From positions 32,001 to 96,000 of the forward strand of contig JAZDJN010000042.1 in NCBI GenBank assembly GCA_043803945.1: DNA of 64,000 nt. Reading direction: 5' to 3'. Under the pieces are notes generated by a model. It had not been told where the DNA came from. It saw only the letters and a list, made by a program, of their open reading frames with translations, and did no database searches. Made by a program: the position numbers and the translations under genes. The stretch's first letter is position 1, and each line of letters starts with the position of its first letter. Shown one piece after another: positions 30,734-40,882 of the stretch. The DNA is from a bacterium (GTDB taxonomy: Bacteria > Bacteroidota > Ignavibacteria > UBA10030).

Positions 30734-31372
30734 ATGGCTGAAAACAAAATTCCCGAGAAGATAATCGAAGCTGGTGCTGTTGAGAGTGTAGTGATTGCAT
30801 TGCATAAGGTCATCGACCTTCTCGACCGCATTAAAACGACAATCGAAGAAAGTTCGAATAAGATTCCGAGGGCGGCAGTCCAGTTGCATACGGTTACCCA
30901 GGCGACCGAAATGGCGACAGTCGAAATTATGAATGTGTTGGATACGATGACACATAAGTTCACCTCCCTCGAGAGCGAACTCTCAACAGTGCGTGGAATG
31001 CTGGCTTCGGAGGATGGGAATGTCATTATCGATTCTATTGAATCGACTCTCACGAAAGTCAAACAGGATATCACGAATATCATGATGGCGCTCCAGGTTC
31101 AGGATATTACCGCCCAGAAGATTGCGGCAGCGAATCACCTCATCGAATCCGTCCGGAAGGAAATTATTCATGAACTAAACTACTTCGAGAGCTCCGAGAA
31201 GGATGCTATCGAAGAGGCAATCGTGAGAAAACCCGCCGAAGACAGTGAGGATCAGGCCCACCATTTCGATAAGAATGCGTCCTTCAGAAAATCGGCAGAA
31301 CATCAGGAACGGATCGATAAAGTGGTGCAGCAATGGCGCGAAAAACAATCTGATTCCGACTCAAAAGAATAA
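30734..31372 (+). CDS. cheZ: CheZ-like phosphatase 2
   Basis: QL..VTQATEMATVEIM and IMMALQVQDITAQKI (DxxxQ). Confidence 0.75.
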   Translation: MAENKIPEKIIEAGAVESVVIALHKVIDLLDRIKTTIEESSNKIPRAAVQLHTVTQATEMATVEIMNVLDTMTHKFTSLESELSTVRGMLASEDGNVIIDSIESTLTKVKQDITNIMMALQVQDITAQKIAAANHLIESVRKEIIHELNYFESSEKDAIEEAIVRKPAEDSEDQAHHFDKNASFRKSAEHQERIDKVVQQWREKQSDSDSKE

Positions 31373-31411
31373 CGTCCGTTCCCTCACACGAGCAAAACTA
31401 TTGGAACAAGC

Positions 31412-33214
31412 ATGAGCGAAGAGATGAAAGAACAGATCGAACCGACAGCGTCCCTGGGATTTGACAATGAGATGGCAGAGATCTTCGAAAGTTTCGTGAT
31501 CGAGTCGAATGAGATCATCGAGCATCTGGGACGCGATCTTCTGGAGCTTGAAAAAACACCTGCCAACATCGAGCTCCTGCATAAGATCTTTCGGGGGATG
31601 CATACGCTGAAAGGAACATCCTCATTTCTGGGATTCAACCAGATGACTGAACTCGGTCATAGTTGTGAGGATTTACTGAATAAGCTCCGAAAAGGAGAGT
31701 TGGTTGCTACTGCGGCAATGATCGATGTTATGTTTAAAGCCTATGATATGATCAAAGTGCTGCTCGAGAGAATTGAAAAAAAGAATATGCAGCCCGTCGA
31801 CTTTTCTCACATCGTGCAGAAACTTCAGGCTGAGATTCAGGGTGCAAGCCAGGTGAAGGCACGTGAAAAAACATCCGACGGTTCAGCACAACAGGTGGAA
31901 GAAAACGCAGCAGAATCAGCGGTGGCGAGCTTTTCAAAATCAACGGATACGACAATCCGGGTCGATGTCAATCGGCTTGACGATCTGATGAACCTGGTTG
32001 GCGAATTGGTACTCGGCCGTAATCGGTTGTCTCAGGTCTCCCACAAGTTGAACGAGGAATACGAAGAGGTTCAAACTGTCAAGGAGCTGCAGGATACAAG
32101 TTCACAAATCGACTTTATTACGACCGAGCTGCAGATGGCCGTGATGAAAACCCGGATGCTGCCGGTAGCCAAAGTATTTAATAAACTTCCCCGCCTGGTA
32201 CGTGATCTTGCGAAGGAGACCGGGAAAGAGATCGATCTCCAGATTTATGGGAGAGAAACCGAACTTGATAAATCCATCATTGAGGAGCTCAATGATCCTC
32301 TGCTGCACATTATCCGGAACGCTGTCGATCATGGCATTGAGTTGCCGGATGAACGCATAAAAAACCGAAAACCACGGATTGGAACGATTGTCGTCAATGC
32401 CGAGCATGAAGGGAACCATATTGTCATTTCCATTGAGGATGATGGTAAAGGAATGGATCCTGAAATCCTCAAGCAGAAAGGGATCGAGAAAGGGCTCATT
32501 ACCCTGGAGCAGTCCAAGGAAATGTCGAAGAGAGAAATCCTTAATTTGATTTTTATTCCGGGATTTTCGACAGCACAAACCGTGACATCGGTGTCCGGGC
32601 GGGGTGTGGGAATGGATGTTGTCCGGTCCAATGTCGCAAAGTTAAAAGGCATGGTGGAAATTGACTCGGATCCCGGTAAAGGGTCCATTATCACAATCAA
32701 ACTCCCGTTGACCCTTGCAATTATTCAAGCACTTCTCGTGAGAGTCGGTACCGAAATATTTGCCATTCCACTCGGCTCGGTTCTTGAAGTAGTCCGCGTT
32801 GAGGCAAAAGAGACCCAGACAATCAATGGCCACGGGGTCATTCGCATGAGGGATATGGTGCTTCCGCTCGCTAGTATGGCGGAGGTGCTCACCAAGAATG
32901 GTCAACAGAGCAAGCCGCGCTGGTTGTATATTGTAGTGATTGCATGGGCCGACCAGCGACTCGGTGTTGTCGTTGATTCATTGCTGGGGCAGCGCGAAGT
33001 TGTGATAAAATCTCTTGGCGACTATTTAAGCAATACTCGCGGCATTGCAGGCTCGACTATCTTAGGTGATGGCAGAACGATTCTGATTATTGACGCCGGG
33101 CAATTTATTCAACTGTGTATCGAAAAACACGCTAAATCGTCACCTCAGGCAAACCTCACGGCTGAGGAGGCCTGGAGTGAGAACAACGATCACCTGGAAG
33201 GAACCTCAAGGTAG
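31412..33214 (+). CDS. cheA: Chemotaxis histidine kinase CheA (Hpt, dimerisation, HATPase, CheW; no obvious P2)
   Basis: IFRGMHTLKGTS; IRVDVNRLDDLMNLVGELV; HIIRNAVDHG; SGRGVGMDVV; LPLTLAI. Confidence 0.96.
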   Translation: MSEEMKEQIEPTASLGFDNEMAEIFESFVIESNEIIEHLGRDLLELEKTPANIELLHKIFRGMHTLKGTSSFLGFNQMTELGHSCEDLLNKLRKGELVATAAMIDVMFKAYDMIKVLLERIEKKNMQPVDFSHIVQKLQAEIQGASQVKAREKTSDGSAQQVEENAAESAVASFSKSTDTTIRVDVNRLDDLMNLVGELVLGRNRLSQVSHKLNEEYEEVQTVKELQDTSSQIDFITTELQMAVMKTRMLPVAKVFNKLPRLVRDLAKETGKEIDLQIYGRETELDKSIIEELNDPLLHIIRNAVDHGIELPDERIKNRKPRIGTIVVNAEHEGNHIVISIEDDGKGMDPEILKQKGIEKGLITLEQSKEMSKREILNLIFIPGFSTAQTVTSVSGRGVGMDVVRSNVAKLKGMVEIDSDPGKGSIITIKLPLTLAIIQALLVRVGTEIFAIPLGSVLEVVRVEAKETQTINGHGVIRMRDMVLPLASMAEVLTKNGQQSKPRWLYIVVIAWADQRLGVVVDSLLGQREVVIKSLGDYLSNTRGIAGSTILGDGRTILIIDAGQFIQLCIEKHAKSSPQANLTAEEAWSENNDHLEGTSR

Positions 33215-33225
33215 AGGACATACCT

Positions 33226-33579
33226 ATGTCGATTCGATGGATTGAACATGACGGAAAAAAAATATTACGGTGCGATTACCGGGGATTGAATATTGAGCAG
33301 TCGATAGCAATGTTTGAGAAATCGATGGCTGAGATGTCGCGCAGCGGTGATAACGTGTTAATGATCTCGAATTTTCAAGGTACAATGCTGAATTACAGGT
33401 TTGCTTCATGTGCGTATGATCTTGCAAGACTGAATTTTCGACCTAAGGCGAAGAAAATTGCTCTCGTGGGAATTGAAGGATTACAGTATGTCATTCGTGA
33501 AGCATTTGGTGTGATGAGCGGCCGCAAACCTTCTCTCTTTGAAACGGAAAACGAAGCACTCACATGGTTAGTCAATTAA
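33226..33579 (+). CDS. Small STAS/SEC14 (SpoIIAA-like) domain protein
   Basis: 117 aa; K.ALVG...and FETE.EAL.WL C-terminal signature; GAGGA RBS. Confidence 0.6.
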   Translation: MSIRWIEHDGKKILRCDYRGLNIEQSIAMFEKSMAEMSRSGDNVLMISNFQGTMLNYRFASCAYDLARLNFRPKAKKIALVGIEGLQYVIREAFGVMSGRKPSLFETENEALTWLVN

Positions 33580-33610
33580 TTAAAAAACTGTATACCCGGG
33601 TAGATGATCT

Positions 33611-34729
33611 ATGAATGGACCGATAAATGTAGTGGTGATTGATGATTCAGCGTTCATGAGGAAGTCTCTGACGCTGATGCTTGAATCCGATCCGCAGATC
33701 AGAGTAGTGGGTACGGCACGCGATGGCAGGGATGGTGTTGATAAAGTACGGAAGTTGAATCCTGACGTTGTGACCCTCGATGTGGAAATGCCGGGATTGG
33801 ATGGGCTCGCGGCACTCAAGATCATCATGAGAGAAATGCCAGTGCCGGTTCTTATGGTTAGTTCTCTTACGTCAGAAGGAGCAGAGGCGACGCTCGAAGC
33901 GTTAAATCTTGGAGCGGTCGATTTTATTTCTAAAGATCTTTCTTATGTCTCAGTCGATATTCTGAAGATTAAAGAAGAACTCATTGCCAAAGTAAAAGAA
34001 ATCGCGACCAGCCGTTATGCCCGTCTTCGGTATCAGGCACTTGGGTCAAGCCGCCACGCTGTGCGTGACACTGAAGAGATCAGTCAAAGCCGTGTTCGTA
34101 TCCCGAGCATTTTGCAGGAGAATTTGGAAGCCGTTGTTCTTGGTGTTTCAACGGGAGGCCCGTTAGCACTCCTGCAGATCATTCCGAAGCTTCCGGCAGA
34201 CTTTCCAATTGGGATCGCAATCGTGCAGCACATGCCCCCGCACTTTACACGAACCCTTTCGGAGCGGTTAAATAGCCTGAGCAAAGTTGCGGTAAAGGAA
34301 GCGGAGCATGGAGAATTGATGGAACCTGGTAAAGTGTTGATCGCTCCTGGTGGCAAGCACCTTCTCTTCTCTCGTGGTCATGGCGCAATGCAGGTCATCA
34401 TTTCGGAAGAACCGCGAACAACAATCTTTCGCCCCTCTGTCGATGTGATGATGCGATCGGCAGTTGAGGCAGCCCACGGTCCTTTGCTCGGTGTCATAAT
34501 GACCGGCATGGGGAAAGACGGTTTGGATAGTCTCAGGCTTATTAAACGGAAGGGTGGTTACATTATCGCCCAGGACGAGGAATCGTGTGTGGTATATGGC
34601 ATGCCAAGAGCAGCGGTGGAGGATGGTATTGCGGATACTGTTGTTCCTTTAATGGAAATTCCGGATGCACTTATTCGACTGGCCAATATACGCACCGCTC
34701 CTGTATCGAGCAAAGTCATTGCAGGATGA
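33611..34729 (+). CDS. cheB: Chemotaxis methylesterase CheB (REC + methylesterase)
   Basis: DDSAFMR..LDVEMP; GVSTGGP; VQHMPPHFT; FRPSVDV; MTGMGKDG; VYGMP. Confidence 0.96.
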   Translation: MNGPINVVVIDDSAFMRKSLTLMLESDPQIRVVGTARDGRDGVDKVRKLNPDVVTLDVEMPGLDGLAALKIIMREMPVPVLMVSSLTSEGAEATLEALNLGAVDFISKDLSYVSVDILKIKEELIAKVKEIATSRYARLRYQALGSSRHAVRDTEEISQSRVRIPSILQENLEAVVLGVSTGGPLALLQIIPKLPADFPIGIAIVQHMPPHFTRTLSERLNSLSKVAVKEAEHGELMEPGKVLIAPGGKHLLFSRGHGAMQVIISEEPRTTIFRPSVDVMMRSAVEAAHGPLLGVIMTGMGKDGLDSLRLIKRKGGYIIAQDEESCVVYGMPRAAVEDGIADTVVPLMEIPDALIRLANIRTAPVSSKVIAG

Positions 34730-34789
34730 GGCAGTAATCGAATACAAAATTCTATTCATAATGGAAATTCAGTAAGAAGAACCAAAACC

Positions 34790-37609
34790 ATGGAAAAACA
34801 ATTGCAGGTGTTGATACTCGAGGATATTCCGATTGACGCGGAACTCACCGAACATGAACTGAAATCGGCAAAAATCGATTGCATCGTACAACGGGTCGCT
34901 ACCAAAAGCAAGTTCATGAAAGAACTGGAGGAGTCTACCCCTGATGTGATCCTGGCGGATTTCACTCTGCCCCAGTTCTCCGGATTGGAAGCATTGCGCA
35001 TTGTCAGGGAAATGAAACTCGACATTCCCTTTATTCTGGTAACCGGAACACAGAGGGAAGAAGTCGCGGTCGAATGTATGAAGGAGGGTGCCGACGATTA
35101 TATCCTTAAAACTAGTCTGAAACGGCTTCCCGCTGCAGTTCTCAATGCCCTTAAGAAAAAAGAGGCCGAACGCGCATCACGCCGCCTAGAAACAGAACTC
35201 CAGAAATCCATCAATTATGCAATCAGCATTTTCGACAGTATTACCGATGCCTTTTTTGCCGTCGATAACGATTGGATACTGATGTATCTCAATCCCCGCT
35301 CTGATACGTTTCTCTCAAAGGTGCACAAACAGCGCGAAGATCTGTGGGGAAAGAACTGGTGGGATGAATTTCCCATTTCGTTCGAATCCGAAGCGGCAAA
35401 ACAATTGTTCCATGCAATGAACGAACGAACCGCTGTCGAATTTGAGGAATATTATCCATCGCTCGAGTCATGGCTCCACATCCGGGCTTATCCGGCTGAT
35501 CCCGGTCTTTCCATCTATGCACAGGATGTTACCGAACGGAAACTTGTGGAAAAAGTTCAACAAGCAGTCTATAAAATCTCCGAGGCAGCCAGCAATGAAA
35601 AGAGTATTGATGCCCTCTTTAAACGTATTCATGAGATCATCTGTGAGTTGATGCAAGCCAAGAATTTTTACATCGCACTCTATGATAAGGAGCGTGACCT
35701 CATTCGGTTTCCGTACTGGGTGGATGAGAAAGATACTGCACCGGGACCGCGGAAACCCGAGCGTGGAATGACAGAATATGTCTTGCGCAATGGTGTTCCC
35801 TTGCTTGCCACCCAGGAGGGTTTGAAGGATCTCGAAATCGAGATGGGAGTCTCTCCACGTGGTACCCCAAGTGTCGATTGGCTTGGCGTACCGTTGAAAA
35901 CGGTTGACGGTGTTATCGGAGTGTTGGCTGTCCAGAGCTATACGGATGGAGTCCGCTATAGCGATGTCGATAAAAATATCCTTGTCTATGTCTCAGAACA
36001 GGTTGCGATGGCAACGGAACGAAAACGGTCGGAAGAGAAAATCATTCAACAGGCCAATCTGCTCGATATCGCGCAGGATGCGATTATGGTTCTCGACATG
36101 GCGCAGAATATTCTCTACTGGAATAAAAGTGCAGAACGGATTTATGGATGGCTGGCTGAAGAAGTGGTAGGAGAAAATGCCAATCGGCTTCTCCAGAAAG
36201 ACCAGGAATCTCTTAATGCAGTCATAGCCCGCGTTCGGGAGAAAAAGAATTGGTTTGGCGAACTAAAACAGGTCACAAAGGACCATCGGGAGTTGATCGT
36301 CGAAAACCGGTGGAGTCTTGTACACGGGCAGGATGGGAAATCAGAATCTATTCTGGTGATTGCTACCGATATTTCCGAGAAAAAGCGGCTCGAACAGCAA
36401 TTCCTCCGCGCACAACGGCTTGAGAGTATTGGCACCTTAGCCAGCGGGCTTGCGCATGATCTGAACAATGTGCTGGCACCGATCATTATGGCGATTCCGT
36501 TTTTAAAGGAGAAGTTGACGGAGAAATCGGACCTCGATATCCTGGCGACACTTCAATCCTCTGCGAAACGCGGAGAAGGTATAGTCAAGCAGGTGCTCTC
36601 CTTTGTCCGTGGTGTGGAAGGTGATCGTGCCATACTTCAGACGAAACACCTGGTGGTGGAACTCGGCAGTTTTCTGAAAGAAACGCTTTCTCCTTCGATC
36701 AGAATTCAAACGAAGCATAACAAGGATCTCTGGCCGGTTCTCGGTGATGCCACCCAGTTGTATCAGGTGCTCATGAATCTCGCTGTAAATGCAAGAGATG
36801 CAATGCCCGAAGGTGGCACGCTGAAAGTTGAAGCCCAGAACCTGCCCCTGGATCAGGATGCAGCCAGCCTGTATATCGATGCCCATCCGGGCCGTTATAT
36901 CCAGTTAACCGTTTCCGATTCCGGTGCCGGTATTCCGGCTGATATTATGAATCGAATCTTCGATCCATTCTTTACTACAAAGGATCCGGGGAAAGGCACC
37001 GGGCTTGGACTGTTCACCGTGCTGACGATCGTAAAAAGCCATGGTGGTTTTGTTGATGTACAGAGCAATCCCGGTTCCGGTACACAATTTAAGATCTATA
37101 TTCCTGCCTGTGAATCGGCAGAATTGAGTCAACTGGAGGAAGGCATTGATATCCCTTCCGGCGAAGGTCAACTCGTCCTGGTTGTCGATGATGAGGTTTC
37201 TATCAGCGACCTCATTGAAATGACATTGAAGAGCCGGAATTACCGGGTTCTGACGGCAAAGGATGGAACCGAGGCTCTGGCGCTCTACATGCAGCACCGG
37301 GGTGAAATTGATGTCGTGCTGATGGATCTATTGATGCCCTACATGGACGGTTCATCAACGGTCCGGGCAATGCAAAAAATTGATCCGTCCGTGAAGATCA
37401 TCGCTATGAGTGGACTTTTGATTGATCGGCAGAGATCGTCTGATGCACTCATCAGTGACTCTATTCCGTTTATGCAAAAGCCGTTCAGCATGGAGAAACT
37501 CCTGAAAACCGTTCATGAGGTAATTCATCTTAACAATGGCTCGAACGGTTCGGACCATCCATTACACCAGGATGATGCCTTGAAATCACTGGTCGGAAAA
37601 TCGAATTGA
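34790..37609 (+). CDS. Cytoplasmic hybrid kinase: REC, PAS, GAF, PAS, HisKA, HATPase, REC
   Basis: N- and C-terminal REC; GAF (WLGVPL..GVLAVQSY); H-box LASGLAHDLNNVL; FFTTK..GTGLGL. Confidence 0.93.
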   Translation: MEKQLQVLILEDIPIDAELTEHELKSAKIDCIVQRVATKSKFMKELEESTPDVILADFTLPQFSGLEALRIVREMKLDIPFILVTGTQREEVAVECMKEGADDYILKTSLKRLPAAVLNALKKKEAERASRRLETELQKSINYAISIFDSITDAFFAVDNDWILMYLNPRSDTFLSKVHKQREDLWGKNWWDEFPISFESEAAKQLFHAMNERTAVEFEEYYPSLESWLHIRAYPADPGLSIYAQDVTERKLVEKVQQAVYKISEAASNEKSIDALFKRIHEIICELMQAKNFYIALYDKERDLIRFPYWVDEKDTAPGPRKPERGMTEYVLRNGVPLLATQEGLKDLEIEMGVSPRGTPSVDWLGVPLKTVDGVIGVLAVQSYTDGVRYSDVDKNILVYVSEQVAMATERKRSEEKIIQQANLLDIAQDAIMVLDMAQNILYWNKSAERIYGWLAEEVVGENANRLLQKDQESLNAVIARVREKKNWFGELKQVTKDHRELIVENRWSLVHGQDGKSESILVIATDISEKKRLEQQFLRAQRLESIGTLASGLAHDLNNVLAPIIMAIPFLKEKLTEKSDLDILATLQSSAKRGEGIVKQVLSFVRGVEGDRAILQTKHLVVELGSFLKETLSPSIRIQTKHNKDLWPVLGDATQLYQVLMNLAVNARDAMPEGGTLKVEAQNLPLDQDAASLYIDAHPGRYIQLTVSDSGAGIPADIMNRIFDPFFTTKDPGKGTGLGLFTVLTIVKSHGGFVDVQSNPGSGTQFKIYIPACESAELSQLEEGIDIPSGEGQLVLVVDDEVSISDLIEMTLKSRNYRVLTAKDGTEALALYMQHRGEIDVVLMDLLMPYMDGSSTVRAMQKIDPSVKIIAMSGLLIDRQRSSDALISDSIPFMQKPFSMEKLLKTVHEVIHLNNGSNGSDHPLHQDDALKSLVGKSN

Positions 37610-37632
37610 ATGTTAGGGTAAGAGGCACTGCC

Positions 37633-39228
37633 ATGGCAACGCAAACAATGTGGGATCGAAAACGTATCGGAGTCGTTCGCGACGTTACCATGTCCAATGT
37701 GACCGTTGTATTGGATTCAACCCTCACGAATCTCACTCTCCAGTTAAATGGAAAAGCATATCCGATTGGTCAAATTGGAACCTACGTACTCGTTCCTGTT
37801 GGCAAACAACTTCTGTTAGGGATGATTGCTGAATTCAGAAACAAAGGTATCCACAAGAATGGTACGATGGCACCCCATTATGAAATGGTGGTGAACCTTA
37901 TCGGAACGGTCAGAGCCGGTATGTTTGAACGGGGTGTCTCATCGTTCCCGACCGCCGATTCACCGGTGTACTTGTTGGAAGATAAGGACCTCAGCGTTGC
38001 ATTTTCTGTATTCCAACGATTTGGTTTTTCCATCGGCAGGCTTTCACTCTTTGAACATGAACGGGCTTTTCTCGATCCGAACCGGTTCTTCGGAAAACAC
38101 CTTGCAGTCGTTGGAGCAAGCGGAGCCGGAAAGTCATGCACTGTCTCGTCAATCCTGCAAAAGGTCATCGGGTATCCCGACACCAAGGTGATTATTCTCG
38201 ACATTCATAACGAGTATCGAACTGCCTTTCCGGAAGAGAGTCAGTATCTCAACCTTTCAGAGCTCGAATTGCCTTTCTGGCTGATGAATTTCCAGGAGAT
38301 GCTCGAGATGTTTATCGATACGGCAGATGAGAATTCCGCAACCCAAATTACGATACTGAAAGACCTTGTGTTCCAGGCAAAGCGTGATCAGAACCCGGAA
38401 TTAAAGAATGTATTGACCATCGATACACCGGTCTATTACAATCTCGCTGAAGTTCGCACCAAGATCGAATATCTTGATACCGAAAAGGGCGGCCCATTCT
38501 ACGGAAAATTCGCCCGCTTCCTGGTTCAACTCGATACAAAGTTGAACGATCCGCGGTACGATTTTATGTTTAAGCCACGCCTCTATATCCACTCGACAAC
38601 GATCGAGGAACTCTTGATCCGGATGTTCAGCCTGGATGGCACATCGAAGATCACCATCATGGATATGAGTGGTGTACCGTTCGATATCGTCAACACGATT
38701 GTCTCCCTGGTCGCACGTCTGGCTTTTGATTTCAATTTCTGGAATATCAACAGGCGCGAATCTCCGATCTTGCTGGTCTTCGAGGAAGCACATAATTATC
38801 TCTCGGCAACCGGAGAAGGAACGCGTGCTGCACGCCGGACGATAGAGCGGATAGCAAAAGAGGGGCGCAAATATGGTGTCAGTTGTATGATTGTCAGCCA
38901 GCGTCCTTCGGAAATCTCCGAGACAATTCTCTCCCAATGCAACAATTTTGTGGTGATGAGGCTGACCAACCCGGTGGATCAGAACTATGTGCGCCGGCTT
39001 GTGGCCGATACGTTTCCGGGATTGGAAAACCTGTTGCCTTCGCTTCGCCAGGGTGAGGCGCTGGTTGTGGGCGATGCGGTCCCGATGCCGCTCCGCGTGC
39101 TGATTGATCCGCCGAAACCGGAACCTGCGAGTGCGGATATAAAATTTTTCGATAAATGGAAACTGAGCTGTACAGCAATCGATGTGAGCGAGGTTGTCCG
39201 GCGATGGTGGCATCAAGATCGTAATTAA
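37633..39228 (+). CDS. HerA/FtsK-family (DUF87, COG0433) ATPase with N-terminal HAS-barrel
   Basis: HAS-like IG.V..GQIGTYV..FERGVSSFPT; Walker A GASGAGKS; Walker B LLVFEEAH; ERIAKEGRKYG; SQRPSE; GEALVVG; GAGG RBS before ATG 37633. Confidence 0.88.
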   Translation: MATQTMWDRKRIGVVRDVTMSNVTVVLDSTLTNLTLQLNGKAYPIGQIGTYVLVPVGKQLLLGMIAEFRNKGIHKNGTMAPHYEMVVNLIGTVRAGMFERGVSSFPTADSPVYLLEDKDLSVAFSVFQRFGFSIGRLSLFEHERAFLDPNRFFGKHLAVVGASGAGKSCTVSSILQKVIGYPDTKVIILDIHNEYRTAFPEESQYLNLSELELPFWLMNFQEMLEMFIDTADENSATQITILKDLVFQAKRDQNPELKNVLTIDTPVYYNLAEVRTKIEYLDTEKGGPFYGKFARFLVQLDTKLNDPRYDFMFKPRLYIHSTTIEELLIRMFSLDGTSKITIMDMSGVPFDIVNTIVSLVARLAFDFNFWNINRRESPILLVFEEAHNYLSATGEGTRAARRTIERIAKEGRKYGVSCMIVSQRPSEISETILSQCNNFVVMRLTNPVDQNYVRRLVADTFPGLENLLPSLRQGEALVVGDAVPMPLRVLIDPPKPEPASADIKFFDKWKLSCTAIDVSEVVRRWWHQDRN

Positions 39229-39290
39229 TAAACGAATCTGAGTGGTTCAGTACAGATTACCCGAAATTCTCTGGATCTGAAAGATCACGA

Positions 39291-40562
39291 ATGTCGAACC
39301 AAATGTCAGCAGAAGAACTGCGAAAACAGGCCAACGAGATTCTCAAGGGCGTTGACCAGTTGATTAAGGCAGGAAATCTCGATGATGCGCTGGCCCAGAT
39401 TGGGAAGGCCAAAGCCATCGATCCGAACAATGCCTATATCTACGCGTTCGAAGAGCGGATCGGATTTCTCCGGGCTGAGGAACAGAGAAAGAAAGGCGCT
39501 GACGCAGCACGAAAGCGAATGGAAGAAGAGGCGTGGAAACGCCTTGAGGAGCAGCGGCGTCGGATTGAAGAAGAACGCAAGCGAAAAGAGGAAGAGGTAA
39601 AAAGAAGGGTAGAGGAGGAGCGGAAACGAAAAGCTGAGGAATCACGCCGTATTGAAGAGGAGCAGAAGAAACGGGTTCACGTAGAACCGGTTGTCGTGAA
39701 AGCGGTCGATGAGAGACAGAAAATTGAGGAAGATACTAAACGCAAGTTTGAAGAAGATTTCAAGCGAGCCGAGGAAGAAAATAGAAAGAAAGCGGTCCAG
39801 GCAGAGGCCGCTGCCAAAAAGAGCCATGCTGCAGCAAACGATCCGCATCAGATCTATAAGAGTGTCCTTCTCCTTGCCTGGGCAGATGGTGGCCTGTCGA
39901 AGGAAGAGGAAACCCAACTGAAGGGTTTGAAACTCTCCCTCTCAATCTCCGATGACGAGGACAAGAAACTTCAACACAATGCACAGCTTGAATCGTACGC
40001 TCAGGCATTTAAACTGGCGTGGTCGGCGGGCATGAACGCCAAAGAACGGGGTTCCGTCATCCAGGAACTCAGAAAGAAATTCTTCATTACTGCTGCCGAT
40101 CAATCCAAGATTGAATCGAAACTGCTTGCAGAAATCGCACCCGATCAACAGCAACAGCAACAACTGATCCTCGTTGTCGAAGATGAAGATGCAATTCTTA
40201 AGCTGATCGTTCAGGTTCTAGAGAATTCAGGGTATACGGTCCAGGCATTCTCAACATCCGACGACGCCTATCAAACCTTGCGTGAATCCAACGGCAGCCA
40301 TCCACCCGATCTGATTCTCTCCGACGTGAACCTCGAAACCTCGTCGATGGGAGGATTCTCGTTCTATGAAAAAGTCAGGCAGCTCGACTCACTTCTTCAT
40401 GTTCCCTTTATCTTCCTCAGCGGATTAACGGATGAAGGAATGATTCGTTATGGAAAAGGATTAGGTGCCGATGATTATCTCACGAAGCCCTTTTCGAATG
40501 ACCTGCTGTTGGATACCATCAAAGGAAAACTGAAACGGTTTCATAAATTCCGCAAAGTCTAA
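39291..40562 (+). CDS. Multidomain response regulator: TPR-like N-terminus, E/R/K-rich helix, TerB-like helical domain, C-terminal REC
   Basis: AGNLDDAL..AKAIDPNN (TPR-like); long EER/KRR stretch; LLLAWADGGLSKEEE..L..L...L.IS (TerB-like ADG..EE); REC VEDE..LSDVNL..LSG..TKPF. Confidence 0.75.
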   Translation: MSNQMSAEELRKQANEILKGVDQLIKAGNLDDALAQIGKAKAIDPNNAYIYAFEERIGFLRAEEQRKKGADAARKRMEEEAWKRLEEQRRRIEEERKRKEEEVKRRVEEERKRKAEESRRIEEEQKKRVHVEPVVVKAVDERQKIEEDTKRKFEEDFKRAEEENRKKAVQAEAAAKKSHAAANDPHQIYKSVLLLAWADGGLSKEEETQLKGLKLSLSISDDEDKKLQHNAQLESYAQAFKLAWSAGMNAKERGSVIQELRKKFFITAADQSKIESKLLAEIAPDQQQQQQLILVVEDEDAILKLIVQVLENSGYTVQAFSTSDDAYQTLRESNGSHPPDLILSDVNLETSSMGGFSFYEKVRQLDSLLHVPFIFLSGLTDEGMIRYGKGLGADDYLTKPFSNDLLLDTIKGKLKRFHKFRKV

Positions 40563-40565
40563 CAC

Positions 40566-40620
40566 AGGAGGATTCTCTTCCATTCATCATCGTTTTGGTC
40601 TGGTGGTGGAGAATCTTCCT
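40566..40620 (+). terminator. Stem-loop closing the signalling operon
   Basis: AGGAGGATTCTC / GAGAATCTTCCT inverted repeat (12 bp, one G-U) directly after the stop, followed by a pyrimidine run. Confidence 0.45.
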
Positions 40621-40882
40621 CTTTCCTTCCAATGCCGTTCTAATTTCATAGGTGAACATTCTTGCTGATCAGGTGAAGTGCGCTGAAGATCCGAGCATCA
40701 CCGCGGTTACTCTGTAGCATTCGAGGCTGGTTCCAGAGTACTGGAAACAGAATGAAATTAGAGGGAATGGAACATGATGTTGGAGCAGGAGATGCTGGGC
40801 GAGATATTTACTGAACTCTTGATTCTCGATCAATACGCATATACATTCAGGCAGTGTAGTTTATCTGAAAGGACTGAGTTCA

